A stretch of DNA of 64,000 bases from Faecousia sp. (GCA_045546655.1 JAZQDH010000070.1:8764-72763); one strand, 5' to 3'; positions 18,465 through 29,507 are shown, counted from the stretch's first letter. Notes: a model not told the origin generated them from the sequence alone. Numbers and translations: made by a program.

Positions 18465-19595
18465 ATGTTTGAACTGTTAAAAACCGAGGGTAGGGCCCGG
18501 CGTGGCGTTTTTACCTGCGCCCACGGTACGGTGCAGACCCCGGTCTTTATGAATGTAGGTACGCAGGGTGCCATTAAAGGCGCACTAAGCGCCAAGGATC
18601 TGAAGGATATCGGATGCCAGGTGGAACTGTCAAACACCTACCATTTGCATCTGCGGCCCGGTGACGGTCTGGTTAAGGAATGCGGCGGCCTTCACAAGTT
18701 TATGACCTGGGATGGCCCGATCTTGACGGATTCCGGTGGATTTCAGGTGTTCAGCCTTTCCTCTTTAAGGAAAATAAAAGAGGAGGGTGTGTATTTTTCC
18801 TCCCACATTGACGGGCGGAAGATCTTTATGGGGCCTGAGGAGAGTATGCAGATTCAGTCTAACCTGGGTTCGGATATCTGTATGGCGTTTGATGAATGTA
18901 TCGAAAACCCTGCTCCCAGGGACTATGTGAAGCAGAGTATTGACCGGACGTACCGTTGGCTGGAGCGCTGTAAGGCTGAAAATGCCCGGCTGAATACCCT
19001 GCCGGATACTGTAAATAAGGAGCAGATGTTGTGGGGTATCAATCAGGGCGGAACTTATGGGGATCTGCGTGTAGAGCATATGCAGCGCATTGCGGAGCTG
19101 GATCTGCCCGGATATGCCATTGGCGGCCTGGCTGTCGGAGAAACAGCTGAGCAGATGTATGACATCATTGAGGCGGTAGAACCCCATATGCCAAAAGAGA
19201 AGCCCCGTTATCTGATGGGTGTCGGCACTCCCACAAATATCATTGAGGCTGTCGCCAGAGGTGTGGACTTTTTTGATTGTGTTATGCCGGCCAGAAATGC
19301 CCGGCACGCCCGTCTGTTTACCTGGCAGGGAGCGATTAACCTTAAGAACGCAAAATACGCCAAGGATTTGAACCCCATTGACAGCGAGTGTGATTGCCCG
19401 GTCTGCCGTCGATACAGCAGAGCCTATATTCGCCATCTGTTTGTGGCTGAGGAAATGCTGGCAATGCGCCTTTGTGTAATGCACAATCTGTATTTTTACA
19501 ATAAACTTATGGAAAGAATCAGAGATGCCCTGGATGCAGGGACGTTTTCTCAGTTCAGAAGGGAATATTCTGAAAAATTAAACCGCAGGATCTAA
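18465..19595 (+). CDS. tgt: tRNA-guanine transglycosylase
   Basis: TDSGGFQ, GGLAVGE, DCVMPARNARH, CxCxxC zinc site. Confidence 0.97.
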   Translation: MFELLKTEGRARRGVFTCAHGTVQTPVFMNVGTQGAIKGALSAKDLKDIGCQVELSNTYHLHLRPGDGLVKECGGLHKFMTWDGPILTDSGGFQVFSLSSLRKIKEEGVYFSSHIDGRKIFMGPEESMQIQSNLGSDICMAFDECIENPAPRDYVKQSIDRTYRWLERCKAENARLNTLPDTVNKEQMLWGINQGGTYGDLRVEHMQRIAELDLPGYAIGGLAVGETAEQMYDIIEAVEPHMPKEKPRYLMGVGTPTNIIEAVARGVDFFDCVMPARNARHARLFTWQGAINLKNAKYAKDLNPIDSECDCPVCRRYSRAYIRHLFVAEEMLAMRLCVMHNLYFYNKLMERIRDALDAGTFSQFRREYSEKLNRRI

Positions 19596-19663
19596 ATATT
19601 CCTTGCAATTTAACCAAATAATGCTATAATGGTCTGGACATTATAAACGAAGGAGTAATATCC

Positions 19664-20044
19664 ATGGTACAATTTTTGGAAAATACCGCTGGCCCGTTAG
19701 GCGGTGGTGGTGCTTCCATCCTTATGATGGTCGCAATGATCGCTGTTTTTTATTTCCTGCTGATTCGCCCCGAAAACAAGCGTAAAAAGGAAGCCGAGCA
19801 GATGCGTTCTGCACTGAAGACCGGTGACGAAGTCGTTACCATTGGCGGCATTATGGGTACTGTCGTGAATGTTAAGGACGACAAGTTTGTCCTTGAAACC
19901 GGCGCAGACCAGGTCCGCATCGAGTTTGCAAAGTGGGCACTGTCCACCAACGTGACTGCTGAGGCAGCAGCTAAGGCTGCAGCCAAGAAGCGTCAGGAGG
20001 ATAAGGCCAAGGCTAAGGCTGCCAAGAAGGCCAACAAGGAATAA
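19664..20044 (+). CDS. yajC: Preprotein translocase subunit YajC
   Basis: FYFLLIRPE, GDEVVTIGGI; follows queA-tgt. Confidence 0.93.
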   Translation: MVQFLENTAGPLGGGGASILMMVAMIAVFYFLLIRPENKRKKEAEQMRSALKTGDEVVTIGGIMGTVVNVKDDKFVLETGADQVRIEFAKWALSTNVTAEAAAKAAAKKRQEDKAKAKAAKKANKE

Positions 20045-20053
20045 TGCAATGAA

Positions 20054-20084
20054 GAAAGGGTTTCGGTTTGACCGAAACCCTTTC
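20054..20084. terminator. Terminator hairpin between convergent genes
   Basis: GAAAGGGTTTCGGT-TTG-ACCGAAACCCTTTC. Confidence 0.8.
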
Positions 20085-20085
20085 G

Positions 20086-21318
20086 TTATTTTGCTTTGCG
20101 CTTTTCCCGCCATACAGTAGCGAGTCTGGCAATTGTGGATACGGACAGCAATCCAATAGCGATAGAGCCCGCCGCAATAATCGTTTGAAAACCCTTGGCG
20201 CTGAAACCGGCCATATCCCCCAAGACGAGGAAATTGGTTGTGTAATAAATGCCTGCACCCGGGATCAGCGGAAAGATCGCTATGACCAGGTATGCGATTG
20301 CAGGACATTTTCTGACACGCGCCATAATCTCGGAATAACCGGCTGCGACCAGCGCGGAAAGGAAGTACGATAATGCCTCGTTGTTCCACAGGCGTATACT
20401 AAGTAAATAACAGGCCCAGGAAAGCGTGCCGCCAAGGGCACAAAGCAAACCGCCGGGGCCGTGTATGTTGAATACGATGGATATACCGTAACAGCCGACA
20501 AATGCGCACAAACACTGGATTACAAAGGTGTGATCCAGTGCATCGGCGCTGTAAGGAATCCTCCAAACGCTGTGAAACAGATTCCAGGCAACACCTGTTC
20601 CCAGCGCGATGGCTGCGGCGATCATAAACACCTGCACAATGCGGTTAATGCCGGAATTTGTATCTCCGAAAATGATGTCACGCATAGCATTTGTAAAGAT
20701 CAAGCCCGGTACGAGAAGCATAAGTGTGCCGATGATTGCGGCATCGGTGCTGTTTGCAATGCCCGTCAAACCAATTGCGTATGCCGCGAAGGCCATAATA
20801 AACGCGGACGCGATGGTAGAAAAGAAAGGATTGACCTTTAGGGTGTTAAGGGCATAGTTGGTAAGGCCAACCAGTACACCGCACAGACCTGCGATCAGAC
20901 TGTCGACCAGTATGCCGCCAAAGAAAATGGCAAATCCGAAGGCACACAGAAAGTTGCCCACCAAATAGAAAGGAAGGCTGTACGTAATACAGGAACGGGT
21001 GGTTTTCTGCAGCCATTCCATTGCAACGTCCGGTGCTGGTACCTGTGCGCAGATTTTTCTGCTCAAGTTACTGAAACGTTCAAGCGAGTCCAGATCGTTA
21101 CCGTGAAAACCGATCCGGCGCAGACGGGTCAACGATTCGCCATCCGGTGTGCGGATGCTGACGGTCAGGCAATTGGGGATCGCAAAGGCTTCTGACTTGA
21201 CACCGTAAGCTGACAGTATGCGGTTGATACTGTCCTCAACACGGAAGGTTTCAGCGCCGTTCATAGCAAGTTTGTATCCCAATTCTGCTGCAAAATCCAG
21301 TAATTGTTGGTAATCCAT
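20086..21318 (-). CDS. Threonine/serine exporter (ThrE-family, two-domain fusion)
   Basis: GAETFRVED, LVPG..TNAMRD and PLIPGAGIY; about 10 TM helices. Confidence 0.88.
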   Translation of the reverse strand: MDYQQLLDFAAELGYKLAMNGAETFRVEDSINRILSAYGVKSEAFAIPNCLTVSIRTPDGESLTRLRRIGFHGNDLDSLERFSNLSRKICAQVPAPDVAMEWLQKTTRSCITYSLPFYLVGNFLCAFGFAIFFGGILVDSLIAGLCGVLVGLTNYALNTLKVNPFFSTIASAFIMAFAAYAIGLTGIANSTDAAIIGTLMLLVPGLIFTNAMRDIIFGDTNSGINRIVQVFMIAAAIALGTGVAWNLFHSVWRIPYSADALDHTFVIQCLCAFVGCYGISIVFNIHGPGGLLCALGGTLSWACYLLSIRLWNNEALSYFLSALVAAGYSEIMARVRKCPAIAYLVIAIFPLIPGAGIYYTTNFLVLGDMAGFSAKGFQTIIAAGSIAIGLLSVSTIARLATVWREKRKAK

Positions 21319-21422
21319 AATATACCTCGTATGGTTTTATACAAGACAAGTATAGCACAGACGCTGAAAAAGACAAGAACAAAAACCGGTGCAGTGAGCT
21401 GCACCGGTTCTATGCATAGATG

Positions 21423-22265
21423 TTACTTTCTTACAAACAACACGCCCAGTGTGCCGGGACCGCAGTGACAGGAAATCGTGCAGCCTGCCTCGGTCCAATA
21501 TGTATTCTCAAAACCATTGTACTGTGCTACTGTGTTTTTGACAGCGTCCTCACACTCATCCGAAACGGGCGTTCTGGTGACAAACAGGGTGCCCGGGTCC
21601 AGGTCATTGCGATCTGCCAACCGGTCTTTTACATAGTTGGCAAGACACTTGGAAAATGTACCTCTGTACTTCTTTACGACGGACATCTTACCGTTCTTTA
21701 CTTCAATGCAGGGTTTTAGGCCCAGAAGATTCGCACCAAGAGCAGCAACAGCGGAGCAGCGTCCACCCTTAACCATATATTCCAGGCGGTCCAGCAGGAA
21801 GCTGGCTTCAACTTTTTCAGTAAAGGACACAAGCTGATCGTACAGTTCGTCCAGATTCTGACAGGTTTTGGAAAGCTCACAGGCTTTGAGAACCACCAGA
21901 CCCTGGCCGGTGGAAAGATTACGGGAGTCAACAACGCGTACATTGGGGAATTCCTCGGCTGCCAAACGGGCATTCTGATGACTGCAGGAGAACTCTGCGC
22001 TGATACTTATATGAATGACTCCATCATAATTGGGGGCATATTTGGCAAAAACAGTCTCGTAGTCACCAACGTTAGGGGCAGTTGTGGAGCAAAGATCACC
22101 ACCGGCCGCAACGTGGGCATAGATATCAGCGGGGGTGATGTTAATGCCATCCAGGTAGGCATTGCCGTCTTTGATAATGGTGAGGGGAACGATGGAAATG
22201 TCGTACTTCTGCAAAATTTGCTCAGAGAGATCGCAGGTGCTGTCAGAGAGGATTTTAATATTCAT
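21423..22265 (-). CDS. DegV/FakB fatty-acid-binding protein
   Basis: DSTCDL, VVDSRNLSTGQG, KGGR, HCGPGTLG. Confidence 0.93.
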   Translation of the reverse strand: MNIKILSDSTCDLSEQILQKYDISIVPLTIIKDGNAYLDGINITPADIYAHVAAGGDLCSTTAPNVGDYETVFAKYAPNYDGVIHISISAEFSCSHQNARLAAEEFPNVRVVDSRNLSTGQGLVVLKACELSKTCQNLDELYDQLVSFTEKVEASFLLDRLEYMVKGGRCSAVAALGANLLGLKPCIEVKNGKMSVVKKYRGTFSKCLANYVKDRLADRNDLDPGTLFVTRTPVSDECEDAVKNTVAQYNGFENTYWTEAGCTISCHCGPGTLGVLFVRK

Positions 22266-22290
22266 AAGATTAAACTCCTTATATCAAAAT

Positions 22291-22659
22291 TCAATTTGTA
22301 TTTGTAGCGGGAGATTTATTCATCATAAAACAAGTGGTCTCAAGGTTTTTAGAGCGCAGATAACCGGCACCCCAATCACGCATTGCGGCCAGGACCGGGA
22401 TCAAACTTTTTCCAAGCTCTGTGAGAGAATACTCAACTTTTGGCGGAATGACGGGATATACGTAGCGGCTTACAAGGTTTTGTGCCTCAAGTTCCCGAAG
22501 CTGCTGGGTAAGCATTTTTGCCGTAGCCTTGGGAATTGCTTTTCCCAATTCAGAGTAGCGCAGAGTGCCCTCTGCCAGATGCCATAGGATCAATGCTTTG
22601 TATTTGCCGCCAATCAAATCCAGGGTTGCCTCCACGGGGCAGCGGTCAGTTGTATTCAT
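22291..22659 (-). CDS. HxlR/DUF24 winged-helix regulator with two Cys
   Basis: [33 protein letters not shown]. Confidence 0.92.
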   Translation of the reverse strand: MNTTDRCPVEATLDLIGGKYKALILWHLAEGTLRYSELGKAIPKATAKMLTQQLRELEAQNLVSRYVYPVIPPKVEYSLTELGKSLIPVLAAMRDWGAGYLRSKNLETTCFMMNKSPATNTN

Positions 22660-22686
22660 AAACACCTCCAAAGTTTCTAAAAGGGT

Positions 22687-22765
22687 AGTATGGAACAAAA
22701 TTGTACATACTTGTAAATTAGAAATCTTCTGCTAGAATGATATCATAAGGCACAAAAGCTGTCAA
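22687..22765. promoter_or_regulatory. Overlapping divergent promoters with an inverted-repeat operator
   Basis: Plus strand TTGTAA(22711)-16-TAGAAT; minus strand TTGACA(22765)-17-TATCAT; inverted repeat AGTATG-N13-CATACT at 22687-22711. Confidence 0.6.
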
Positions 22766-22793
22766 TACGGACATAAGAAAAGGGGTGTGGACA

Positions 22794-25286
22794 ATGAGAC
22801 TCAACTTTGAGGTAACAGGTATGACCTGTGCGGCATGCTCGGCACGAGTAGAGAAGGTTACCGGACAGATCCCCGGTGTGCAAAAGGCGGAGGTGAACCT
22901 TCTGGCAGGCAGGTTGTCTGTGGAAGCAGATGATCCGGAGATTGCTGAAAGCATCATTGATGCTGTGGAGAAAGCGGGATACGGCGCGTGTGCGGCCGGA
23001 CAGGCAGCCCGACAAAATAATACGGATAAACAGATTGATGTTGGCTTAAAACAAATGAAGACCCGTATTATTGGTTCTGCCGTTTGCTTGGTGGTACTTA
23101 TGTATTTTACCATGGGTCATATGGTTGGAATTCCAATGCCTCACTGGTATCACGGCAGAGAAAATGCACTGGTCGCTGCGCTGGTTCAGTTTTTCCTCAC
23201 GATGCCGCCGGTTTATCTGAATCGTGTTTATTACAGCAAGGGCCTGAGGGCACTGTGGAACAGGGCGCCCAATATGGATTCTCTAATTGCTGTGGGCTCC
23301 GGCGCGGCACTGGTATACGGTGTGGCTGCGCTGTTTCGTATGGCCTATGCCGTGGGTAATGGCGACTGGGCGACAGTGGAACTGTATAGCAATAATTTGT
23401 ATTTTGAATCCGCTGCGATGATCGTTACACTGATTACCCTTGGAAAATTCCTGGAGACCAGGGCAAAGGGCAAGACGGGGGATGCCATACGTCAGCTTAT
23501 GGATCTCAGCCCAAAGACGGCAATAATCCGTAGAAATGGTGAGGAGTATAGCGTTTCCACAGAGGAAGTACGTGTAGGGGATATAGTGATCGTCCGCTCC
23601 GGTGGCAGCATACCGGTAGATGGTATTGTTCTTTCCGGCAGAGGGTCTGTTGATCAGAGCGCGTTGACCGGAGAGAGCGTGCCGGTTGAAAAGAGTGTTG
23701 GCGATACGGTTTCTGCGGCCACGATCAATACAGAAGGCTACCTCGAACTGCGTGCGGAAAAGGTTGGGGAGGATACCACGCTGGCGCAGGTGATCCGGAT
23801 GGTCGAGCAGGCAGGCGGTTCTAAAGCACCTATTGCCCGCCTTGCGGATAAGGTTGCCGGTGTATTCGTACCGGTAGTTATGCTGATTGCCGTAGCGGCC
23901 TTTGCCGTCTGGATGTTGGTGGGTCAGACCTTAGAATTTTCTCTGACCACAGCAATTGCTGTTTTGGTTATCTCCTGCCCCTGTGCGTTGGGACTGGCCA
24001 CCCCTGTCGCGATTATGGTTGGTACCGGAACTGGTGCCAGGATGGGGGTGCTGTTCAAAACCGCAGAGGCACTGGAGAACCTCCACAAGGTCGATACCGT
24101 AGTGCTGGATAAAACAGGTACTTTAACGCGGGGTAAGCCTGCGGTGACGGATATTATATCTGCAGGTATTCCCCAGGAGGAATTGATGAAAATTGCGGCC
24201 TCTATTGAGTCCAGGTCCGAACATCCATTCGCCAAGGCGATCCTGGATAAAGCAGGGGAGCTGCCCCTGTATCCAATAGAAGATTTTCGGGTCTTGCCGG
24301 GTCGTGGCGTATCTGCTATAATCGATGGCAGCAGATATTACGGCGGTAACCGCGCCTTGATGAATGCCCTGAAAATTACGCCGCCCGATGCGCAAGCGCT
24401 GGAGCAAGAGGGGAAAACGCCTTTGTATTTTGCCAGAGAGGACGGTATATTTCTGGGAACGATCGCCGCAGCGGATGTGTTGAAACCGGACTCTGTGGAT
24501 GCTGTTTTGCAAATGCGCAAACTGAAGCTGGACGTGGTAATGCTTACCGGTGACAATGAAACAACGGCAAAAGCAGTTGCGGCCAAGGCCGGTATTGAAC
24601 ATGTAATTTCGGATGTTCTTCCGGCAGATAAAGCAGGCGTGGTCGAAGGGATTCGAAAAAGCGGTCACAATGTGCTGATGGTGGGAGATGGCATCAATGA
24701 CGCACCTGCTCTGGCAATGGCCGATGCGGGTATGGCAATCGGCGCGGGAACGGATATTGCGATCGAATCGGCTGATATCGTACTAATGAAAAATTCCCTT
24801 ACAGATGTGGCCCAGGCGATCCGCTTGAGCAAAGCGACCGTTCGCAACATCAAGGAGAATTTATTCTGGGCATTTTTCTATAATACCCTTGGGATCCCTG
24901 TGGCTGCCGGCGTGCTGTACCCGGCTTTTGGCATACAGCTGAGCCCTATGATCGGCGCTGCAGCAATGAGCTTAAGTTCGGTCTTTGTGGTGACTAATGC
25001 GCTGCGATTACGCTTTTTTAAACCGAGAGTAGATTCTGTGGTGACAGCACCGCAGGAGCAAAATGAGGAAATTACTGAGGTGATGACGATGGAAACCATT
25101 ATTAAAGTGAACGGTATGATGTGCCCTCATTGTAAGGCACGGGTAGAGGCTGTCTGCAAGGCTGTTGCGGGCGCTGCTGACGCGGTCGTTGACTTGCAGG
25201 AAAAACAGGTTACCGTGACTGGTAATGCAGACGTGGCGCAGCTGAAAAAGGCAATCACCGATGCCGGATATGAGGTTGTGGACTGA
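22794..25286 (+). CDS. copA: Cu(I)-translocating P1B ATPase with N- and C-terminal HMA domains
   Basis: [38 protein letters not shown] and C-terminal GMMCPHC. Confidence 0.93.
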   Translation: MRLNFEVTGMTCAACSARVEKVTGQIPGVQKAEVNLLAGRLSVEADDPEIAESIIDAVEKAGYGACAAGQAARQNNTDKQIDVGLKQMKTRIIGSAVCLVVLMYFTMGHMVGIPMPHWYHGRENALVAALVQFFLTMPPVYLNRVYYSKGLRALWNRAPNMDSLIAVGSGAALVYGVAALFRMAYAVGNGDWATVELYSNNLYFESAAMIVTLITLGKFLETRAKGKTGDAIRQLMDLSPKTAIIRRNGEEYSVSTEEVRVGDIVIVRSGGSIPVDGIVLSGRGSVDQSALTGESVPVEKSVGDTVSAATINTEGYLELRAEKVGEDTTLAQVIRMVEQAGGSKAPIARLADKVAGVFVPVVMLIAVAAFAVWMLVGQTLEFSLTTAIAVLVISCPCALGLATPVAIMVGTGTGARMGVLFKTAEALENLHKVDTVVLDKTGTLTRGKPAVTDIISAGIPQEELMKIAASIESRSEHPFAKAILDKAGELPLYPIEDFRVLPGRGVSAIIDGSRYYGGNRALMNALKITPPDAQALEQEGKTPLYFAREDGIFLGTIAAADVLKPDSVDAVLQMRKLKLDVVMLTGDNETTAKAVAAKAGIEHVISDVLPADKAGVVEGIRKSGHNVLMVGDGINDAPALAMADAGMAIGAGTDIAIESADIVLMKNSLTDVAQAIRLSKATVRNIKENLFWAFFYNTLGIPVAAGVLYPAFGIQLSPMIGAAAMSLSSVFVVTNALRLRFFKPRVDSVVTAPQEQNEEITEVMTMETIIKVNGMMCPHCKARVEAVCKAVAGAADAVVDLQEKQVTVTGNADVAQLKKAITDAGYEVVD

Positions 25287-25362
25287 GCACAAATAGGCTT
25301 ATAACGTCCGGTTTTTTGGACACAAACCTTGGTAGGATATAGCCATAAAGAACAAGGAGGTT

Positions 25363-25497
25363 ATGGCTATGTTTACGATGCGTTATGTTCAAGGTCACGT
25401 TCAAGTGTACGATCATGCAGGGCAATTCCTGTTCTCTGCGGACAGCGAGTGGGAGGCCAGAGAGGAACTAAGAGATTATGAGGAATCTGCGGATTGA
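25363..25497 (+). CDS. Small hypothetical protein (44 aa)
   Basis: AAGGAGG RBS; MAMFTMRYVQGHVQVYDHAGQFLFSADSEWEAREELRDYEESAD*; fills the gap before truA. Could start at ATG 25369. Confidence 0.7.
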   Translation: MAMFTMRYVQGHVQVYDHAGQFLFSADSEWEAREELRDYEESAD

Positions 25498-26212
25498 TAT
25501 CTGCTACGAAGGTACCCGCTACAAAGGTTGGCAGCGGCTTAAAACAGCGGATAATACCATACAATCCAAGCTGGAGCAGGCTCTGTCCAGGATTTTGGAC
25601 GAGCCGATCGAGGTATCCGGCAGCGGACGGACGGATGCCGGTACCCACGCGCGGGGGCAGGTGGCCAATTTTCACTGCAACAGTTCTATGCCCTGCGATG
25701 AGATCCTAACGCAGCTGCGCAGGTATTTGCCGGAGGATATCGGCATATATTCCTGTAAGAACGTGTCTGAGCGGTTTCACGCACGCCTGAATGCCAAAAC
25801 GAAAACCTACTGCTACCGTTTGTGGAACGGTGAACAGCCCTGTGTTTTTGAAAGGAAATTTGTGTGCATCGATCAGCGTCCCGTGGACATTGGGCTTATG
25901 CGCATTGCGGCGCAGCACTTTCTGGGTCAACACGACTTCTGTGCTTTTTGCGCAAACAAGAATATGAAGAAGTCTACGGTCCGCTATATAGAGAAGCTGG
26001 ACATTGATGTTGTGGGCAGCGAGATCCGGTTTCAGATCACCGGAAACGGTTTTCTGCACCATATGGTCCGCATTATCGTAGGAACGCTTCTGGAGGTCGG
26101 CAGGGAGGAACGGGAACCGGATTCCATTCCCGGCTTGTTTGGAGCCGAACGAAGCCAGGCCGGCCCATTGATGCCTGCCTGCGGATTGTGTCTTATGGAG
26201 GTTACCTATTGA
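25478..26212 (+). CDS. truA: tRNA pseudouridine(38-40) synthase
   Basis: GSGRTDAGTHA, FHAR, GFLHHMVRIIVG. Confidence 0.93.
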   Translation: MRNLRIDICYEGTRYKGWQRLKTADNTIQSKLEQALSRILDEPIEVSGSGRTDAGTHARGQVANFHCNSSMPCDEILTQLRRYLPEDIGIYSCKNVSERFHARLNAKTKTYCYRLWNGEQPCVFERKFVCIDQRPVDIGLMRIAAQHFLGQHDFCAFCANKNMKKSTVRYIEKLDIDVVGSEIRFQITGNGFLHHMVRIIVGTLLEVGREEREPDSIPGLFGAERSQAGPLMPACGLCLMEVTY

Positions 26213-26550
26213 ATATTCAAATTTTTGGAAAAACCAAGTGCTTTGATACAAAAAAAGCAGAGCGATACTTTAAAGAGCGCCGGATAAAATACCAGTACGT
26301 GGACCTGCTGCGGTTCGGTTTGTCCGGAAAGGAATTTGATGCGGTTCTGCGAGGCGTTGGCGGCATAGACAAGCTGATCGATTGGGACAGCAAAGCCCAG
26401 GAGGTTACCCTTATGAAGTATATGGACGACACAAGGGCCAAAGAGGATAAGGTTTTCGATGAACCGAAGCTGATGCGTACGCCTATCGTTCGTAACGGCA
26501 AACAGGTCACACTTGGCTACTGCCCGGAGATTTGGGCAACCTGGGAATAA
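26209..26550 (+). CDS. ArsC/Spx-family thioredoxin-fold protein
   Basis: KCFDTKKAERYFKER and MRTPIVR; TTG start after GGAGG. Confidence 0.85.
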   Translation: MNIQIFGKTKCFDTKKAERYFKERRIKYQYVDLLRFGLSGKEFDAVLRGVGGIDKLIDWDSKAQEVTLMKYMDDTRAKEDKVFDEPKLMRTPIVRNGKQVTLGYCPEIWATWE

Positions 26551-26561
26551 CAGAATAATAC

Positions 26562-26599
26562 AAAAGCAGTTTTCCGAATCGGGAGACTGCTTTTCTTTT
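26562..26599 (+). terminator. Intrinsic terminator
   Basis: AAAAGCAGTTTTCCGA / TCGGGAGACTGCTTTT hairpin with T tail. Confidence 0.75.
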
Positions 26600-26612
26600 A
26601 TGGGGGAATCTA

Positions 26613-27995
26613 ATGCAGGCGCTGTATTCAATCAATAAAATCATATGGGGCATACCGCTGTTGGTCTTGATTATGGGATGCGGTATTTATTTTACGTTCA
26701 GTACCGGATTTATACAGATAAGGGGATTTCCCAGGGCGCTGGCGGTGTTTGTACAGCAGTTATCTGCAAAGAATGATACAGATGGCACTTCGGGTTATCG
26801 TGCCTTGTGCACCGCACTGTCGGCCACGGTGGGCACGGGGAATATCGCAGGTGTCGCCGGTGCGATCGCCCTGGGCGGACCGGGAGCTATATTCTGGATG
26901 TGGGTCTTTGCGTTTTTGGGGATGGCCATAAAATTTGCTGAGGCAGTACTGGCTGTCTATTACAGAAGAAGACAACTCAATGGCACTTTTTGCGGCGGCC
27001 CAATGTATATGATCGAAACAGGTCTTGGGAGCAGATGGAAGTGGCTGGCGGTACTGTATTGTTTTTTCGGAGTGACTGCTGCATTCGGCGTTGGGAATGC
27101 TACTCAGATTAACACAGTAATTTCCAGCGCAAACAGCTTGATATCAACCTCCGGCGGGATAGATACGATGGCAGTGAATCTTTTGCTGGGTACGATTCTG
27201 GCTGTTTTTGTAGGTGTATCTATGTTCGGGGGAGGAAGGCGGATCGGTGCAATTGCAGAAAGATTGATCCCATTTGCCTGTGTCGGATATATCCTTCTGT
27301 GCATTGTTGTGATTATACTGCGTCTGCAGAATATAAATACGGCCTTCGCGTCCATATTCCAGGGAGCATTTTCACCCAAGGCAGTTACGTCGGGGACGTT
27401 AGGGTCTTGTTATATCGCATTGAGAATCGGGGCTTCACGAGGTCTATTTACAAATGAAGCTGGTATGGGCACAGCCTCCATAGCCCACGCGGGTGCGGAT
27501 GTGAAGCACCCGGTGGACCAGGGGTTTATGGGGATTATGGAGGTTTTTCTGGATACGATCGTCATATGTACGTTGACAGCGGTTGTGATCCTGGTAAGTG
27601 GTGTTCCTATCCAATACGGCTCGGACCCGGGTGTGAATTTGACGGTTCAGGCATTTTCTGCAGTGTTGGGCAGTTGGATCAAAACACCGATCGCAATTTT
27701 CCTATGCCTGTTTGCGGTGGCGACAGTCTTGGGCTGGGGCTTATATGGGATGGTTTGCGCCCAGTATTTGTTTGGACAGGGCAGTACGAAATGGTTCATA
27801 TGGCTACAGATTATCACGGTGCTGATCAGCAGTGTGCTGAAAACACAGACGGTTTGGCTTTTGGCGGAATCCGTAAATGGACTAATGGCGGTGCCTAATA
27901 TCATTACGTTGATAATTTTGGGACCCAACATAAAGAATTTGATTACTGACTATTACAAGAAAAACCCTCCGGCGTACCGGAGGGGGAGGGGTTAA
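26613..27995 (+). CDS. Alanine/glycine:cation symporter (AGCS)
   Basis: ATVGTGNIAGVA, GGPGAIFWMW, GGPMY, RGLFTNEAGMG. Confidence 0.93.
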   Translation: MQALYSINKIIWGIPLLVLIMGCGIYFTFSTGFIQIRGFPRALAVFVQQLSAKNDTDGTSGYRALCTALSATVGTGNIAGVAGAIALGGPGAIFWMWVFAFLGMAIKFAEAVLAVYYRRRQLNGTFCGGPMYMIETGLGSRWKWLAVLYCFFGVTAAFGVGNATQINTVISSANSLISTSGGIDTMAVNLLLGTILAVFVGVSMFGGGRRIGAIAERLIPFACVGYILLCIVVIILRLQNINTAFASIFQGAFSPKAVTSGTLGSCYIALRIGASRGLFTNEAGMGTASIAHAGADVKHPVDQGFMGIMEVFLDTIVICTLTAVVILVSGVPIQYGSDPGVNLTVQAFSAVLGSWIKTPIAIFLCLFAVATVLGWGLYGMVCAQYLFGQGSTKWFIWLQIITVLISSVLKTQTVWLLAESVNGLMAVPNIITLIILGPNIKNLITDYYKKNPPAYRRGRG

Positions 27996-29152
27996 TTGGA
28001 AAAATTGTGGGTTTGCTTGCCGCTGATGTTTTCGTATTCTACAAAAATCTGATCCATTTCCTCGGCAGCGGCCTGCACCATAATGCCGTCGCCAGGGGAG
28101 AGGGTGGATGCGCCAAAGAACACGTAGTCCTGAACCTGGGGGTCTTCGCTGATAAAGTGGACGAATATGCTTTCAAGGGGTTCATCGGCAGTAAGGAGCA
28201 GCATTTCGCCGCCGGGTGTAAGGATAGCCTCACTGATCTGGAACACGCGGTCCATATCTGCCTGTTCGTACGGCTTGCCGGAAATGACGCCATCAGACAG
28301 AACGGACTCTGCAGGGAAATAGGCATCGTGGAGCAGTCCTGTAAGTTTTTCGTAGGGAATCTCTGCCACAATAGTGCCGGAGGAGTATGGTGCGATTTCG
28401 TAGGGTGAGAAATAGAAACAAAGGCCGGTGGTACTAAAATAGAAGTGCTCATCCTGGCTTTCATCCACTGCGAACCGCTTCTGCACAGCAGTTTCAAAAT
28501 CGGAAAATAGATACAAATGCTCTTTTTCCTCGTTTAATTCCTGGATCACCAGATCGCAGAACATCTGCATTGTGGCATCCTTGTGCATAATGCTTCCCAA
28601 TGTTAGCACATCGCCTGTCATTAGGTCATAGTTTGCGCTCACATTGATGTGATCCGGATGAATACCGCCAGCATAACTGGAAAGACTTCCAAACAGACTC
28701 AGAACACTCTGGTCGATCCGCGTAGGTTCATAGAGAACGCGGCACATATAGGGGATCCAGCCAGAAGTGTTGGAATAGGCCGATCGTGCGGCATAAAGCA
28801 ATTCCTCTGCGGTTTTGCTTGCGGAATCTACCCGGTTGAGAAAATCCACGATCACCTTGTCCGCAACCTCGGGTTCTTGCAGGACAAGAGTCATATCCTG
28901 GTAAGAATGGGCGAAAATGACAGTCCCGTCGTCTGCTGTGCTTGTGGTTGTGCGCAGAGGTACAGATACTGCGTTCACCGGCTTTTGCCGCATAGAAACA
29001 GGCACGTCTGTTGCTTCCGGTACTGTGTCTGTCTGGGAAGGTTTGGTGGCCTGTGTTGGTGTGGTGGTTTCTGCGTTGAGTGGGGTCTTTCCACATCCGG
29101 CCAGCCCGGCGAGTATACAGATGGAAAGCGCAAACAACACGGTTCGCTTCAT
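27992..29152 (-). CDS. Lipoprotein with a DUF3298/RsiV-like domain
   Basis: LAGC lipobox, Thr/Pro linker, YAGGIHP, FSPYEIAPYSSG. Confidence 0.8.
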   Translation of the reverse strand: MKRTVLFALSICILAGLAGCGKTPLNAETTTPTQATKPSQTDTVPEATDVPVSMRQKPVNAVSVPLRTTTSTADDGTVIFAHSYQDMTLVLQEPEVADKVIVDFLNRVDSASKTAEELLYAARSAYSNTSGWIPYMCRVLYEPTRIDQSVLSLFGSLSSYAGGIHPDHINVSANYDLMTGDVLTLGSIMHKDATMQMFCDLVIQELNEEKEHLYLFSDFETAVQKRFAVDESQDEHFYFSTTGLCFYFSPYEIAPYSSGTIVAEIPYEKLTGLLHDAYFPAESVLSDGVISGKPYEQADMDRVFQISEAILTPGGEMLLLTADEPLESIFVHFISEDPQVQDYVFFGASTLSPGDGIMVQAAAEEMDQIFVEYENISGKQTHNFSN

Positions 29153-29298
29153 CAAATTCCCTCCTTGTTTGAGCGGTGCTCTATTTGCATATACTATACC
29201 ATACAATATTGGATTCTACAACTAAAAATGCGGCCATTCGACAGAGGAAACCTTGACAAAGATGGGAAGAAAATGGTAGAATATCGAAAAGTGAATAT

Positions 29299-29484
29299 CG
29301 CTGTGAACGGGAAGAGTAATAACGCCAATCCTGCAGAGAGTCCTGGTCGTCGGCTGTGAGCCGGGGCGGTGTCGGTGGTATGAAAGTGCGTCCGGGAGCG
29401 AAGCTTTAGTGAGTGATAAATGAGAGTGGAACCGCGAGTTTTTACCCGCCTCTTGTGCTTTTGCGCAGGAGGTATTTTTATTTT
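29299..29484 (+). promoter_or_regulatory. T-box riboswitch (Cys) upstream of cysS
   Basis: TGC specifier at 29387-29389; T-box AAATGAGAGTGGAACCGCG at 29418-29436; terminator 29448-29484; promoter TTGACA(29253)..TAGAAT(29277). Confidence 0.92.
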
Positions 29485-29507
29485 GTAGTATATTGGAGGA
29501 AAAATAT

